Assembly: GCA_965287045.1 (NCBI GenBank)
Contig: OZ336885.1
Location: forward strand, 66,154,001-66,218,000
Length of the DNA: 64,000 nucleotides
Origin: Carcharhinus amblyrhynchos
Lineage: Eukaryota
Reading direction: 5' to 3'
In this document: in pieces, positions 63,155 through 64,000 of the stretch
Layout: the number at the start of each line of letters is the position of its first letter
Numbering within the stretch: the first letter of the stretch is position 1
The notes under the pieces: model-generated
The model's database searches: none
Told to the model about the DNA's origin: nothing
What the model saw: the letters and a program-made list of their open reading frames with translations, nothing else
Program-made: the position numbers and the translations under genes

Positions 63155-64000
63155 GTAAGCAAATTATAACGGGTCACACTGTTCTACACCAAAGCACAAT
63201 GTAATTAAGCTATGATAAGATAACATTCCATTGATTTGTAAGTAACAGTTGTCAGATTTCAACATGCATATCTTAAACAATTTTGATTACGAACAGGAAA
63301 CGCCAACAGATGCCAGTGTTATGGGGAAAACCGCGTACCTGTAAGGAGGGTAGGCTAGTGGTCAGCTGGGATTCCCTCAACAAGGACAATCATCCATTTG
63401 TGTAACGTTCAGCGATGGATTAGTCAAATTTCTATCAGATGAGCTCTTTAGGAAGTTGCATCAGATTCGCTTTCATTGGGACCAGTTTTTTTTTCATCTG
63501 TTGTGTATCATACAGAATCGTCGCGGTTCACTATCGCTGAATGAACTAACAATGGCGTTCTCTCTGGAAGTTCGGAACCAACTACTGAACTCCGAACTGA
63601 ATGTTGTTGGCTCCGTGGGGTCTCTCCACTTAAGCTAAGACCTCGGGTAGTATTCATCTTATGTGTGTGGTTACAGACAGAAAACATACATTTGTCTCCG
63701 TTCTAACTTGGATAAACTTACAAATATGAAGTCCAGTTACGTATAATCATATATGTTGCTATTTACGGGATGTAGGCGGCGCTAGGTTACCGATCATTTG
63801 ACAGTCATGGAAAAGTGCTGCTGATCTATGTTCTCGAACTGCTAAAACCTGTTTCATGTAGAAATCAATATATAAGATCGTTTTTTTCACGTGGTTTTAA
63901 CCTAGTGATAGTGAAACAACGAGGCTATGCTTCCAAACCAGAATGGGGACTGATTTCAAGGTAGGTTCTAGATGGTGGTGTCGCCATTTGGCTTCCTTGT

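Noticed and set aside
1-64000. Prokaryotic-type systems (CRISPR arrays, operons) and intact rRNA/tRNA genes
   Set aside because: None seen; the DNA is vertebrate intronic sequence, and the tRNA-like boxes belong to SINE heads

Overview
This is eukaryotic, repeat-rich genomic DNA, very probably from a shark or other cartilaginous fish, judged by the CR1/HER1-type LINE fragments, HE1-like tRNA SINEs and ERV/Gypsy relics. The ORF-track hits are transposon debris or chance frames, not intact genes. The main signal is invisible to ORF finding: 23 plus-strand micro-exons spread over 10341-63154. All have canonical AG/GT boundaries, all are phase 1-1, and they alternate strictly between a 36-nt type A and a 27-nt type B, with one 27-nt short A and one 15-nt short B. 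Spliced together they give 708 nt with no stop codon, encoding about 236 aa of heptad coiled coil in which each A+B pair is 21 aa (3 heptads). The start and end of the gene lie outside the window, so its identity is unknown. The closest known architecture is the heptad micro-exon tail of butyrophilin/chicken BG-type receptors. The introns carry a C-poor ERV with its 3' LTR, a decayed Gypsy element with nested insertions, two solo LTRs, many LINE/SINE fragments and a MITE, and show unusually little CpG depletion. Exon coordinates were counted by hand; repeat boundaries are approximate.
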